Origin: Candidatus Multivoradales bacterium
GTDB lineage: Bacteria > Acidobacteriota > Thermoanaerobaculia > Multivoradales > JAHEKO01
Assembly: GCA_965223155.1 (NCBI GenBank)
Contig: CBDCVR010000014.1
Span: 801,793-865,792, forward strand
Length of the DNA: 64,000 nucleotides
Direction: 5' to 3'
The position numbers were made by a program, and so were the translations under genes. Each line of letters begins with the position of its first letter. Position 1 is the stretch's first letter. The notes under the pieces are model-generated. The model was not told where the DNA came from. It searched no databases and saw only the letters and a program-made list of their open reading frames with translations. Positions 32,454-42,916 of the stretch are shown in pieces.

Positions 32454-33659
32454 ATGCCCAGTTTCGTTTGGAAAGGCCGCGACCGCGACGGAATCTTCCA
32501 GGAAGGCGTTCTGCTTGCCGACACGAAGGACGCGGCCGCCGCGGTTCTGCGCGGGCAGAAGATTCGCCCAACCAGCATCCGGGAAAAGGGCCGCGAAATC
32601 CCCTTCCTTCCCCGGATCCCACGAAAAGTCGGCGACAAGCGGGTGGCGCTTTTCACGCGTCAGTTCTCGGTCATGCTCGACGCCGGCCTGCCGCTGGTGC
32701 AATGCCTCGAGATCTTGGGCGATCAGCAGGAACATCCCGGCTTCGCGTCGATGATCCAGAAGGTGCGAAGCGACGTCGAGAGCGGTTCGTCGGTCGCCGA
32801 CGCCATGAGTCGCCAGCCCAAAGCCTTCGACGATCTCTACGTCAACATGGTGGCCGCGGGCGAGGCCGGCGGTATTCTGGACGTCATCCTGCAGCGCTTG
32901 TCGATCTACCTGGAGAAGGCCGTCAAGCTCAAGAATCAGGTCAAGTCGGCCCTGATCTACCCGACCGTGGTCATCGCCATCGCGATCATCATCGTCTGGC
33001 TCTTGCTGTGGAAGGTCATCCCGGTCTTCGCGCAGCTTTTTGCCGGTCTGGGCGGCGAGCTGCCGGCCCTGACCCGCCTCGTGGTCTCGGCGAGTAATTT
33101 CGTCGGCGACTACTCGATCTTCATCATCGGCGGCATGGCCGTGATTTTTTTCGGCCTGCGCTACTACCACCAAACCGAGAAAGGCAAGCGCGTGCTCGAC
33201 AGCGCGCTCTTGAGGGTGCCCGCGATCGGCGAGCTCCTGCGCAAGATCGCGGTGTCGCGCTTCTGCCGGACCCTGTCCACCCTGACCTCTTCGGGCGTTC
33301 CCATCCTGGACGGCCTCGAGATCACCGCCAAGACCGCGGGCAACTCCGTCATCGAAGACGCGGTCATGGCCGTGCGCCGGAGCGTCGAGGAAGGCAAGAC
33401 CTTGAGCGGTCCTCTGGGCGAGACCAAGGTCTTTCCCTCGATGGTCGTCCAGATGATTAACGTCGGTGAGCAGACCGGCGCCCTGGATCAGATGCTCTCC
33501 AAGATCGCGGACTTCTACGAGGACGAAGTCGACACCGCGGTGGCCGGACTCGTGAAACTCATCGAGCCGATCATGATCGTGGTCTTGGGTGTGATCATCG
33601 GCACGATCGTGGCCGCGATGTACCTGCCGCTCTACACCATCCTGGGCCAGATTCAGTAG
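32454..33659 (+). CDS. pilC: Type IV pilus assembly platform protein PilC (GspF family)
   Basis: 401 aa; duplicated GspF domains. Adjacent to pilT. Confidence 0.85.
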   Translation: MPSFVWKGRDRDGIFQEGVLLADTKDAAAAVLRGQKIRPTSIREKGREIPFLPRIPRKVGDKRVALFTRQFSVMLDAGLPLVQCLEILGDQQEHPGFASMIQKVRSDVESGSSVADAMSRQPKAFDDLYVNMVAAGEAGGILDVILQRLSIYLEKAVKLKNQVKSALIYPTVVIAIAIIIVWLLLWKVIPVFAQLFAGLGGELPALTRLVVSASNFVGDYSIFIIGGMAVIFFGLRYYHQTEKGKRVLDSALLRVPAIGELLRKIAVSRFCRTLSTLTSSGVPILDGLEITAKTAGNSVIEDAVMAVRRSVEEGKTLSGPLGETKVFPSMVVQMINVGEQTGALDQMLSKIADFYEDEVDTAVAGLVKLIEPIMIVVLGVIIGTIVAAMYLPLYTILGQIQ

Positions 33660-33685
33660 GCGCAACAAGGCGACGAGGCCTCGCC

Positions 33686-35401
33686 GTGAGCCCACTGTTC
33701 CGCGACATCGACACCGGCGCCCTCGACCCTCAGACGATGAGGATCGAGGGCGGCCTCTACCGCCAGCTGCGCTGGATCGTGGCGCTACGCATGCTGACGA
33801 TCACCAGTATCGTCCTCGCCTACTTCCTCTATCAGCTCACCGCCAGCGCCGACGGTTTCGGCTACGACACGGTCTACACCGCGGCCGGTATCGGCTATGT
33901 CGCGTGCCTCCTCTATCTGGTCCTGCTGGGCGCGCGCCGGCCGCGGGCCGAGACCCAGGCCTACGTCCAGTTCGTGGGCGATCTGTTCCTGATCACCGGT
34001 CTCGTGTACCACTTCTTCGACGGCACCAGCAGCCCGTTCTCGATTCTCTATCTGGTGGTCATCACCCTAGCCTCGGTCATCCTGAGACGGCGGGCGGGGA
34101 TGCAGATCGCGACCCTGGCCTGGATTCTCTACGCGCTGGTGGCTCTCGCGGTGGTCCGAGGCTGGGCCCAGCCGCCCGGGCTCGAGCTGGCAGCCAATCC
34201 CCCGCTGGGGCGGCTGGCCTACTATCTGGCGATCCATCTCTTGGGCTTTTACGCGATCGCCCACCTGACCTCGAGGCTGGCTCAAAACGTCGCTCAGGCC
34301 GAACAAGCGCTACGCAGAAAGGGTCGGCACCTGGCCGAGCTCCGGGTCGCCTACCGGGACGTGATCGAGTCGATCCCGAGTGGCCTCGTGACCGCCAACG
34401 AGGTCGGCATCCTGACCAGCGCCAACGCCGCCGCCCAGCTCATCCTGGACCGCACCTCGGTGGACCTCATCGGCCGGCCAGTCTACGAGTTGGGAATCTT
34501 CGGTGCGGAAGAGTGGTCCGGTCTCCGGGACAACGCGCACCTCGGCGAGCGGAACCGGCGGGAGACCCAGTACCGGACCGATAGCGGCGACGAGATCACG
34601 ATCGGATACAGCGTGAGCCCGCTCACCGGGGGCTCGCGCGAGCCGGCCGGCTACATCCTCATCTTCCAGGATCTTTCCGAGTGGCAGAGCCTCCAAGAGC
34701 GCGTTCGCCTCCAGGAGCGCATGGCCGCGGTCGGCCAGATGGCATCGGGCCTTGCCCACGAGATAGGCAACCCGCTGGCGGCGATCTCGGGCTCGGTCCA
34801 AATGCTGTCGGGCCAGATGCCCGAATCCTCGTCCGAGCGCAAGCTCCTGGAGATCATCCACAAGGAGAGCCAGCGCCTGGACCGGACGATCAAGGGCTTC
34901 CTCAAGTTCGCCAAACCCAACGAGGCCTCGAGCACGAGGTTCAACGTCACCGCGCTAGTCGCCGAGAACGTCGAGCTTCTACGCAACAGCGGCGAGATCG
35001 ATCGCCGCCACGAGATCCGGCTGGAGCTCGCGCCCGAGCCGATCTCGCTCTTGGGCGACCCCGACCAGATCAGCCAGATCTTCTGGAATCTGGTGCGCAA
35101 CGCCGTCCGGGCCATGGAGGACGGAGGCGTCCTCGAGGTCGCCGGGCGGGCGGTCGAGGACCGGTTCCAACTCGACGTCCGCGACAGTGGCCGCGGCATG
35201 ACCGCCGAACAGAAGGACCGGGTCTTCCATCCGTTTCGTTCGTACTTCGACGGCGGCAGCGGCATCGGCATGGCGATCGTCTACCGCATCGTCGAAGAGC
35301 ACGGCGGCGAGATCCAGATCGAGAGCGCGCCGGGCGAAGGGACGCGGGTCCGCATCACCCTGCCCGGCGCCGTGCCCGAGACCGAGTCGCTCTCCGCCTG
35401 A
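33686..35401 (+). CDS. pilS: Sensor histidine kinase, PilS-like (membrane domain + PAS + HisKA + HATPase)
   Basis: N-terminal polytopic domain, PAS-like region, H-box (HEIGNPLAAISG) and N/G boxes. Immediately upstream of the sigma54 activator. Confidence 0.75.
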   Translation: MSPLFRDIDTGALDPQTMRIEGGLYRQLRWIVALRMLTITSIVLAYFLYQLTASADGFGYDTVYTAAGIGYVACLLYLVLLGARRPRAETQAYVQFVGDLFLITGLVYHFFDGTSSPFSILYLVVITLASVILRRRAGMQIATLAWILYALVALAVVRGWAQPPGLELAANPPLGRLAYYLAIHLLGFYAIAHLTSRLAQNVAQAEQALRRKGRHLAELRVAYRDVIESIPSGLVTANEVGILTSANAAAQLILDRTSVDLIGRPVYELGIFGAEEWSGLRDNAHLGERNRRETQYRTDSGDEITIGYSVSPLTGGSREPAGYILIFQDLSEWQSLQERVRLQERMAAVGQMASGLAHEIGNPLAAISGSVQMLSGQMPESSSERKLLEIIHKESQRLDRTIKGFLKFAKPNEASSTRFNVTALVAENVELLRNSGEIDRRHEIRLELAPEPISLLGDPDQISQIFWNLVRNAVRAMEDGGVLEVAGRAVEDRFQLDVRDSGRGMTAEQKDRVFHPFRSYFDGGSGIGMAIVYRIVEEHGGEIQIESAPGEGTRVRITLPGAVPETESLSA

Positions 35402-35416
35402 TCCCGAGCCCTGAAG

Positions 35417-36838
35417 ATGGCCAAACATCGCATTCTGATCGTCGACGACGAACGCAGCCTGCTCGAGTTTCTCCGGGTCTTGCTCGAGCAGGAAGGGTAC
35501 GAGGTGGCGGAGGCCGGCTCGGTCTCGGCCGCCCGCGCGGTTCTGGCCGACCGCACCTTCGACCTGGTGCTGAGCGACATCACCATGCCCGACGGCAGCG
35601 GCCTCGATCTGCTGCGCGAGATCAAGCAATCGGCGGCGGCCGAAACCGCGGTCATCATGATGACCGCCTACAGCTCGACCAAGTCCGCGATCGAAGCGAT
35701 GAAGGCAGGGGCCTACGACTACGTGCCCAAGCCGTTCGACGTGGATGAGCTCAAGGTGGTCATCCACAAGGCGGTCGAGCGCAACGAGCTCCTTTCCGAG
35801 AACGTCTACCTGCGCAAGGAGCTCGAGTCCAAGTACAGCTTTTCCAACATCATCGGCCGCAGCAGCCGGATGCAGGAGATTTTCTCGTTGGTGGAGCGGG
35901 TCGGCAGGACCAATTCCACGGTCCTCATTCACGGCGAAAGCGGCACCGGCAAGGAACTCATCGCGAGGGCGATCCACTTCTCCAGCCCGCGCTCCAAGAA
36001 CCGGTTCCTGTCGATCAACTGCGGCGCCATGCCCGAGTCCCTGCTCGAAAGCGAGCTCTTCGGTCACGAGCGCGGCGCGTTCACCGGCGCGGTCAAGGAC
36101 AAGAAGGGGCTCTTTCGCGAGGCCGCAGGCGGCACGCTGTTCCTGGACGAGATCGGCGAGATGACGACCCAAATGCAGGTCAAGCTGCTCCGGGTCCTTC
36201 AGGAAAAGAAGGTCCGAAGCGTCGGCGGGCACCAGGAAGAGGCGGTGGACGTCCGCATCATCACCGCCACCAACCAGAACCTCGAAGACCAGATCGACGC
36301 GGGTGAGTTCCGGGAAGACCTCTACTACCGCATCAACGTCATCCCGATCGAGATCCCGCCCTTGCGCAACCGTCGTGAGGACATTCCGCTGCTGGCGCAG
36401 CACTTCGTCAAGAAGTACTCGACCGAGATGGGGATCGAGCCCAAGCAAATCGGCCAGGACGCGATGGAGCTGCTCGAGAACTACCGCTGGACCGGCAACG
36501 TGCGCGAGCTGGAGAACATCATCGAACGCGCCCTGGCGCTCTCCACGGGTCCGTCGCTGACGGCGTCCGACATCCCCCGGCACCTAGCCGAGCCCAGCCG
36601 CCGACCGTCGTCCTGGGTCGAGCTTCCCGCCGAGGGCATGGATCTCGAGGGACACCTCGAGATCATCCGGAGCAGCCTGATGACGGCGGCGCTGGAGCGC
36701 ACGGATGGCGTCCAGACCAAAGCGGCCGAGCTCTTGGGCATGAGCTTTCGATCCTTCCGGTACTACGCCAAGAAGCTACAACTGACCGGAGCCGGACGCG
36801 ACGGCGACACCGACCAACTGGCTGTCGAGCAGGGCTAG
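35417..36838 (+). CDS. pilR: Sigma-54-dependent response regulator, PilR/NtrC family
   Basis: REC domain (ILIVDDE...D), AAA+ sigma54-interaction domain with GESGTGKE and the GAFTGA motif, and a C-terminal Fis-type HTH. Confidence 0.85.
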   Translation: MAKHRILIVDDERSLLEFLRVLLEQEGYEVAEAGSVSAARAVLADRTFDLVLSDITMPDGSGLDLLREIKQSAAAETAVIMMTAYSSTKSAIEAMKAGAYDYVPKPFDVDELKVVIHKAVERNELLSENVYLRKELESKYSFSNIIGRSSRMQEIFSLVERVGRTNSTVLIHGESGTGKELIARAIHFSSPRSKNRFLSINCGAMPESLLESELFGHERGAFTGAVKDKKGLFREAAGGTLFLDEIGEMTTQMQVKLLRVLQEKKVRSVGGHQEEAVDVRIITATNQNLEDQIDAGEFREDLYYRINVIPIEIPPLRNRREDIPLLAQHFVKKYSTEMGIEPKQIGQDAMELLENYRWTGNVRELENIIERALALSTGPSLTASDIPRHLAEPSRRPSSWVELPAEGMDLEGHLEIIRSSLMTAALERTDGVQTKAAELLGMSFRSFRYYAKKLQLTGAGRDGDTDQLAVEQG

Positions 36839-36881
36839 CTCTCAGGCGCGCTCGCGTGGCGAGGGTTCGCCCGAGCGCGGT

Positions 36882-37211
36882 TCAGGACGATTCCGCGGCC
36901 TTGGCGGGCTTCGACCCGGTCGAGGCCGAGTCCTTGGCCGGCTTCGATTCGGAGGCTCCGCCGCTCTTGGAGCCGCCATCTGAGTCCCCGGCCGAGCCGC
37001 TGGACTTCTTCTCCTGCCCTTTGTCCTTGCCCTTGCCGCCATAGTCGGTGACGTACCAGCCCGAGCCCTTGAACTGGAAGGCGGGCGCCGAGATCAGCTT
37101 GCGCACCGGCTCGCCGCACTCGGGGCAGCTCTCGAGTGGCGGGTCGCTGATGCGCTGCATGGTCTCGAAGCGATGCGCGCACACCGTGCACTCGTACTCG
37201 TAGATGGGCAT
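36882..37211 (-). CDS. FmdB-family zinc-ribbon regulatory protein (TIGR02605)
   Basis: [16 protein letters not shown]...CPECG signature, followed by a low-complexity Ser/Gly/Lys tail. Confidence 0.75.
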   Translation of the reverse strand: MPIYEYECTVCAHRFETMQRISDPPLESCPECGEPVRKLISAPAFQFKGSGWYVTDYGGKGKDKGQEKKSSGSAGDSDGGSKSGGASESKPAKDSASTGSKPAKAAESS

Positions 37212-37235
37212 TGAGGTCTCCTGGAGAAGAGTCGG

Positions 37236-38045
37236 CTAGCCGGAGAGAAGATCGCCCGACGTCTTGAGCCGCACCTTCAGGGGTTCGTCTCGGGAGTCGG
37301 TCCCGGTTGCCTGCGCCGAAGACGGGCCGACCAGGTGCAGTACCTGAAAAGCATACAACAGCTTGGCGTTCTCAGCCGCCGACAGCGGCTCGATCGAGCA
37401 TAGTTCGTACAGGTTCTTGCGCCCATCCACCGCGGTCAGCAGGCGGAACTCGTCCTCGTCGAGGCCCAGCTCGATCAGGTCCTCCCAATCAAACGTGGGC
37501 TCGAGCACGGTCTGGCGCTTGCCCAGGCGCTCGACCAGTGGCTTGGCCTCGGGCGCGCGCTTGATGCCCTCCAAGATGACCCGGCGCACGGGCAACTGGA
37601 TCTGGACCCTCTGGATGCCCTGGATCTCGCCGACGGTAAAGGTAATCTCTCCTTCCCGCCAGTAGAACAGGCTCCAGACAATCTCCTCGATGTGGTGCTG
37701 GATCGCCTTGTACACCTCGGCCGGCGTCAACAGCCTGCGCTCCAGGATGAGCTCGCCGAAGCGCTTGCGCGTGTGCGCCCGGGCGCGGGCGATCTGATCG
37801 TAGTTCTCATCCGAGAGCTTGCCGACGCGCTTCAGAAACTCGCCCAGGCTGTCGTCGAGCAGCGTCGAGGCCGCGTGAATGACGTGGCCGTCCTGCAACA
37901 GCACCCGTTTGATGACGTTGCCCTGGCGTGCCTCGATCGTTCCGGGCACACGAAACCGATGGATCGAATACAGCATCTCGGGCAGACCCGATTCCTTGAA
38001 GTCGGCTCGATACTCGAACTTGCGCGTCATGAACTCGCCACTCAC
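37236..38045 (-). CDS. DUF4388 domain protein
   Basis: SGLPEMLYSI...RVLLQDGHVIHA...LGEFLKRVGKLSDENYDQIARA pattern matches the DUF4388 architecture. Confidence 0.55.
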   Translation of the reverse strand: MSGEFMTRKFEYRADFKESGLPEMLYSIHRFRVPGTIEARQGNVIKRVLLQDGHVIHAASTLLDDSLGEFLKRVGKLSDENYDQIARARAHTRKRFGELILERRLLTPAEVYKAIQHHIEEIVWSLFYWREGEITFTVGEIQGIQRVQIQLPVRRVILEGIKRAPEAKPLVERLGKRQTVLEPTFDWEDLIELGLDEDEFRLLTAVDGRKNLYELCSIEPLSAAENAKLLYAFQVLHLVGPSSAQATGTDSRDEPLKVRLKTSGDLLSG

Positions 38046-38113
38046 GTTCCCGAAACAGGGAAACGAAAAAAATATAGCACCGCAAGGGCTCCGTTCCCTG
38101 TGAACGGTCCCAC

Positions 38114-39385
38114 ATGCTGGCGGGTCCGACTCCCTCGAAGACCGACCCGCGTTCCGGTACGCTGGGCGCCACCGCGATGCCCTGGATCCTCCCCGCCGAC
38201 GCCTGGCTCCTGCTCGAACGGTCCTTGCGGCCGCTCGGTACCGAAACCGTAGCCCGGCGCGACGCGCTCGACCGGATCCTGGCGAGCGGCCTCGGCGCCA
38301 CCGTCGAAGTGCCCCCGTGCGACGTCTCGGCGATGGATGGCTACGCCGTCGCCGAGCCGCTCCCGTCCGGGGCGGTCCTGCCGGTCGCCGGCACCCTTGC
38401 CGCCGGCGAGGCTCCCGGCTACCGCCTGGAACCGGGCACTGCAGTGCGCATCATGACCGGCGCCCCAGTGCCGGCCGCGGCCTGGACCGTGGTACCGGTG
38501 GAAGAAACCGACGGCGGCTCGGAAACCGTGACCTTCCACGGCACCGCGCGCGGCGATGCCCACATTCGTCGCCAGGGCGAGGTCACGACCACGGGCCGGC
38601 TCATCCTGGCGGCGGGCTCGCGCTTGACTCCACAGGCCCTCGCCCTGCTCGCGACCCACGGGCACGATCAAGTCGAGGTCTACCGGCGGCCCAGCGTCGC
38701 CACCCTCAGCACGGGCGACGAGGTCGTGCCTCCGGAGGCGGTGCCGGCGCCCGGGCAGCTCCGCGATTCGCACACCGACTTTCTGGTGGGCGCCGGCCGC
38801 TCGTTCGGGCTCGAATTCGAGCCCCTCGGCATCGCCCGCGACGACCCCGCCGAGCTGGCGGCTCATCTGCGCCGCGGTCTCGAACGCGACCTTCTGCTGG
38901 TTACGGGCGGTGTCTCCAAAGGCGAGTTCGACTACGTGGAATCGAGCCTTGCCGCCTGCGGCTGCCGGCCGCTCTTTGACGCCGTCGCCATCCAGCCCGG
39001 CAAGCCACTGGTGGCGATGGAGCATGACGCCGGCTGGGTCTTCGGCCTGCCCGGCAACCCGGCTTCGGCGATGGTCTGCTTCTGGCTCTTCGTCAAGCCC
39101 TTCCTGAACCGCCTGATGGGCGTGCCGGACGCCTATTGGCGAGGCGCCCTCGCCGGCACGCTGGCCGGGCCGCTGCCCGGCGCCAAGGCCCGGGACAAGT
39201 TTCTAGCCGCTTCGCTCGAGGCCCGGGGCGGGCGGCTCCTGGTCACGCCGCATCCACCCAAGGGATCCCACGACGTCGGTGCCTACGCCCACGGCTCGGG
39301 CCTGGTGCGAATCCCGGCCCACGCCAAGCCGGCTCCGGCCGGCGAGGCCTGTGAAGTCCTGCCGGTCGCCGGCGGCTGGCTCTAG
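38114..39385 (+). CDS. moeA: Molybdopterin molybdenumtransferase MoeA
   Basis: SAMDGYAV motif and GGVSKGEFDY (MoCF-biosynthesis domain). Alternative start at 38177 (MPWIL...). Confidence 0.8.
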   Translation: MLAGPTPSKTDPRSGTLGATAMPWILPADAWLLLERSLRPLGTETVARRDALDRILASGLGATVEVPPCDVSAMDGYAVAEPLPSGAVLPVAGTLAAGEAPGYRLEPGTAVRIMTGAPVPAAAWTVVPVEETDGGSETVTFHGTARGDAHIRRQGEVTTTGRLILAAGSRLTPQALALLATHGHDQVEVYRRPSVATLSTGDEVVPPEAVPAPGQLRDSHTDFLVGAGRSFGLEFEPLGIARDDPAELAAHLRRGLERDLLLVTGGVSKGEFDYVESSLAACGCRPLFDAVAIQPGKPLVAMEHDAGWVFGLPGNPASAMVCFWLFVKPFLNRLMGVPDAYWRGALAGTLAGPLPGAKARDKFLAASLEARGGRLLVTPHPPKGSHDVGAYAHGSGLVRIPAHAKPAPAGEACEVLPVAGGWL

Positions 39386-40230
39386 CTGAAGGTGTCGCAG
39401 ACGTTCGGATCGCCGGTCTCGAGGCCCCGGTAGAGCCAGCGCTGACGCTGCTCGGACGAGCCGTGAGTCCAGGATTCGGGCTGCACCCAGCCGGTGGTCT
39501 TCTTCTGAATTGAATCGTCGCCAATCGCCGCCGCCGCGCGTAGCCCCTCTTCGAAATCCCCTGGCTCGATCAGGTTGCGGCGGTTGGCATGGTGCCCCCA
39601 GACACCCGCGTAGCAGTCGGCCTGGAGCTCGAGGCGCACCGAGAGGGCGTTACCCTGCTCCGCCGACATGCGCTGGCGGGCGCGGTGCACCTGGTCGCTG
39701 ATGCCGGTCAGGTTCTGAATGTGATGACCGACCTCGTGAGCAATGACATAGGCCTGGGCAAAGTCCCCGGGAGCGCCGAAGCGCCGCTCGAGCTGGTCGA
39801 AAAAGCCCAGATCCAGATAGACCTTACTGTCCAGCGGGCAGTAGAAGGGACCCACGGCCGCCGAGTTGAAACCGCAGGCCGAGCGCACTGCGCCCGAGAA
39901 GAGCACCATCGTGGGCTCCTGGTAGCGGCCCTGCAGGATCTGGTTCCAGGTGGACTCGGTGTCGGCCAGAACGACCGAGGCGAACTCGCCCAGGGTGTCC
40001 GTGGGAGGCCCAGCCTGCCTTCCAGACGGTCCCGGCATGCGCTGGGGCGCGGTCTGCACCTGCGCCTGCTCGAGCACGTCGATCACCTGCTGGGGGTCAC
40101 GCCCGAAGAGCATGGCGATCAAGATGATGAGGATGAGACCGCCGCAGCCGATCCCGCCGCCCCGCATCATCGGGCTCGCCCCGCGTCGATCCTCGACATT
40201 GCTGCTGGTCTTACGTCCTTGCCATCTCAT
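39382..40230 (-). CDS. Putative neutral zinc metallopeptidase, YpfJ family
   Basis: TM anchor, HEVGHHIQ zinc motif, and family-typical FYCPLD and QADCYAGVW motifs. Confidence 0.8.
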   Translation of the reverse strand: MRWQGRKTSSNVEDRRGASPMMRGGGIGCGGLILIILIAMLFGRDPQQVIDVLEQAQVQTAPQRMPGPSGRQAGPPTDTLGEFASVVLADTESTWNQILQGRYQEPTMVLFSGAVRSACGFNSAAVGPFYCPLDSKVYLDLGFFDQLERRFGAPGDFAQAYVIAHEVGHHIQNLTGISDQVHRARQRMSAEQGNALSVRLELQADCYAGVWGHHANRRNLIEPGDFEEGLRAAAAIGDDSIQKKTTGWVQPESWTHGSSEQRQRWLYRGLETGDPNVCDTFS

Positions 40231-40413
40231 TGGCGATCCTCCCGCGTGGGCTTCAAGGCCCGAAATCCCCGGCCCGGTGGCAACCTGACTCTTGCTGAGT
40301 CCGGCTGACCCGGGGCCGCGTGCCGGAATCCGGCAGGGACCAATCCTACCCCACCGCTCCGCGGCTCGACGCTCGCAATCAGGTTCACAACCAAGCCGAA
40401 CCTACCCGTTCGG

Positions 40414-40842
40414 GTGTTGCCGCTGGAGCGGCCCCGCGTACCCTGGAGAGCGATGCGAATTCCGGTCGAGTTTCCCGGCAACCTCGCGGTCAGCGCGGTC
40501 CTTGACGGCCGGCGGGTGCGAACCGATCAGCCCGCCCGCTATGGCGGCGACGATTCGGCACCGCCGCCCTTCGACCTCTTTCTGGCCTCGATCGCCACCT
40601 GCGCGGGCTTTTACGCCCTGCGCTTCTGCCAGAAGCGAAATCTCGATACCGACGGTCTGGGCCTCGAGCTGGTCGTCACCCGCGACGAGTCCGGCAAGCG
40701 AGTCGAGCATCTCGGCATCGAGATCAAGCTGCCGGAGGACTTCCCCGAGAAGTACCAGGCGGCGATCCTCCGCTCGGTCGATCTGTGCGCGGTCAAGCGG
40801 CACATTCTGGAGCCGCCCGAGTTCTCCCTGTCGACTGCGTAA
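40414..40842 (+). CDS. OsmC/Ohr family peroxiredoxin-like protein
   Basis: Size and LASIATCAG...LCAV cysteine pattern. The real start may be at 40453 (MRIPVEF). Confidence 0.7.
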   Translation: MLPLERPRVPWRAMRIPVEFPGNLAVSAVLDGRRVRTDQPARYGGDDSAPPPFDLFLASIATCAGFYALRFCQKRNLDTDGLGLELVVTRDESGKRVEHLGIEIKLPEDFPEKYQAAILRSVDLCAVKRHILEPPEFSLSTA

Positions 40843-40901
40843 CAGCCTTCCTTACGGCGATCCGCTAGGATTGGCCCGACGTCAGTCCAAGGAGTGGAGG
40901 A

Positions 40902-41756
40902 TTGATTACCGCCGTCGTATCCAAGAAGGGCGGGGTCGCCAAGACGACCACCGCCGTCAGCTTAGCCGCCGCCTTGGCCGGCATTGGCAAGCGTGTCTTG
41001 CTGGTGGACCTGGACAGTCAGGCCTCGGCCTCGCTGTCGCTGGGGGTGCCCAGGTCCGCCCTCTTCCCGTCAATCGCCGACGTCCTGCTGGGCGAGCGCA
41101 CCGCCGCCAACTGCGTGCGCTCGACCGCGACCCTGGGCCTCGACCTCTTGACCGCCTCGGTCGATCTCCAGCGGGCCGAGCGCGAGATCGAGACCGGCGT
41201 CCGCGATGCGAGCCGCCTGCGCGAGGTACTGGACCCGATCCGCTCGCGCTACGACTTCGTGCTCCTCGATTGCGCTCCCCACCCGTCGCCGCTGGCAGTC
41301 GGTGCTCTCATCGCCGCCGACACCTACCTGGTTCCGGTCGTGCCGCACTATCTGTCGGTGACCACGGTCGAGCCCTTGCTCATGGCCGCCGCCCGCATCC
41401 CCACCGCGCACGGCGTCCGCCCGCGGCTTCTGGGCATCGTCCTGACCCAGGTCGACTACCGGACTAAACTCGCCCGCACCAACGTCGCGCGCATTCGCGA
41501 ACGCTTCGGCCACGACGTCTTCGCGATCGAGATTCGCACCAACGTCCGCCTCGCCGAAGCCCCGGAGATGGGCCGGACGATCTTCGAGTACGACCCGGCC
41601 TCGACCGGCGCCAAGGCGTATCGCCTGCTCGCCGCCGAGCTGCTGCTGCGCGCCCGGGCGTTGGTCGAAGCCCATCCCGCCCCGCCGGTGGACGTCAAGT
41701 GGCCACGGCCGGTCCTGGGAGGGACCGAAGCCGAGCCCGACGACCGCGTCAATTGA
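40902..41756 (+). CDS. ParA/MinD-family P-loop ATPase (orphan, no adjacent parB)
   Basis: TTG start with an AAGGAG RBS; deviant Walker A VVSKKGGVAKTTTAV; LVDLDSQ; Walker B LLDCAP. Confidence 0.8.
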   Translation: MITAVVSKKGGVAKTTTAVSLAAALAGIGKRVLLVDLDSQASASLSLGVPRSALFPSIADVLLGERTAANCVRSTATLGLDLLTASVDLQRAEREIETGVRDASRLREVLDPIRSRYDFVLLDCAPHPSPLAVGALIAADTYLVPVVPHYLSVTTVEPLLMAAARIPTAHGVRPRLLGIVLTQVDYRTKLARTNVARIRERFGHDVFAIEIRTNVRLAEAPEMGRTIFEYDPASTGAKAYRLLAAELLLRARALVEAHPAPPVDVKWPRPVLGGTEAEPDDRVN

Positions 41757-41836
41757 GGGGTGCCCGCTCTAGACGATTCGGGGCTCGCGGCGGCCGCCGA
41801 CCGCGTCCCGCCTCCCGCTTCTAAGAAATCCGCCGG

Positions 41837-42916
41837 CTAGACGATCTTCTCGCGGATCTTGGCCGAGAGGATGTCCATCGCCCACACGGTCACCGCGATC
41901 AGGATGACCAGGGTTCCCACCTCGCCCCACTGGCCCAGGTCGACCCGCGGCTTCAGGATGTAGCCAATTCCGCCGCCGCCGACGAAGCCGATGATCGTCG
42001 ACATGCGCACGTTGATGTCCCAGCGGTAGATCGTGAAGGACAGAAACGGCGGGATCACCTGCGGCACAACCCCGTAGCGCAAGATCTGAAACGTCGAAGC
42101 GCCGGTGGCGGTGATCGCCTCGACCGGCCCGTTGTCGATGTTCTCGATCTGCTCCGAATAGAGCTTGACCAGGGCCGCCACCGAGTGCACCCAAAGCGCC
42201 AGCACACCCGCAAAAGGTCCGATCCCCACCCAGGAGATGAAAATCAGCGCCCAGACCAGAGGCTCGACCGCGCGGGTCAGGTTCATCACCGTGCGGGCGG
42301 CAGTGTAGGCCGTTCGCGACCAGAACGAGGTTCGGGTCAGGTTCCTGGCGGCGACGAAGGACAGGGCGAAGGCGACCGGAATCGCGAAGATCGTCGCCAT
42401 GAACGCCAAGAAGATCGTCTGGACCAGCAGCACCAGTCCCTGATGCAGCACCGCCGAGGACGGGTTCAAGAGCCCCCGGACGATGTCCTGGGCCTTGTCG
42501 AACTGGGTCAAGAACTGAACCAGCTGGACCTCGGTGATGAGCCAGCCGGTGAAAAACGTGATCTCGGCCAGCAGCAAGCCGAACCAGCCCCGTAGCGTCC
42601 GCGTCCACGGCAGTCCCTCGGCGCCGGCAGCGGCGCCGTACACCATGGCGTTGCCGACCGACTGCGTCACGGGATGCCGGGCGCGGCCCCAGACCAGGGC
42701 CACGATCATCGCCGCGAGCGCCGCCCAGCCGTAGTGCAAGAGGTCCAGGATCTCCTCGGCCAGGAGCAGAAATCCGGTCGGGCTCCTCCGCCCCGAAAAG
42801 GCGATCATCAGAAACTCGACCATCAGGATGCCCAGCCAGAGCAGGACGGCGTCGATCAGAAACGCCTGCGCCCTGGCCAGAACGACCTTGGCCGTCGATG
42901 GCTTGTCGCCGGTCAT
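41837..42916 (-). CDS. phnE: Phosphonate ABC transporter permease PhnE (enlarged, ~360 aa)
   Basis: Binding-protein-dependent permease EAA-like loop, C-terminal IGFVGGGGIG. The start at 42916 overlaps the phnC stop (ATGA). The 573-aa track ORF is N-terminally over-extended. Confidence 0.8.
   Translation of the reverse strand: MTGDKPSTAKVVLARAQAFLIDAVLLWLGILMVEFLMIAFSGRRSPTGFLLLAEEILDLLHYGWAALAAMIVALVWGRARHPVTQSVGNAMVYGAAAGAEGLPWTRTLRGWFGLLLAEITFFTGWLITEVQLVQFLTQFDKAQDIVRGLLNPSSAVLHQGLVLLVQTIFLAFMATIFAIPVAFALSFVAARNLTRTSFWSRTAYTAARTVMNLTRAVEPLVWALIFISWVGIGPFAGVLALWVHSVAALVKLYSEQIENIDNGPVEAITATGASTFQILRYGVVPQVIPPFLSFTIYRWDINVRMSTIIGFVGGGGIGYILKPRVDLGQWGEVGTLVILIAVTVWAMDILSAKIREKIV

Noticed and set aside
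34979-36583. 534-aa minus-strand ORF antisense to pilS/pilR
   Set aside because: pilS and pilR carry unambiguous HK, REC, sigma54-AAA and HTH motifs on the plus strand.
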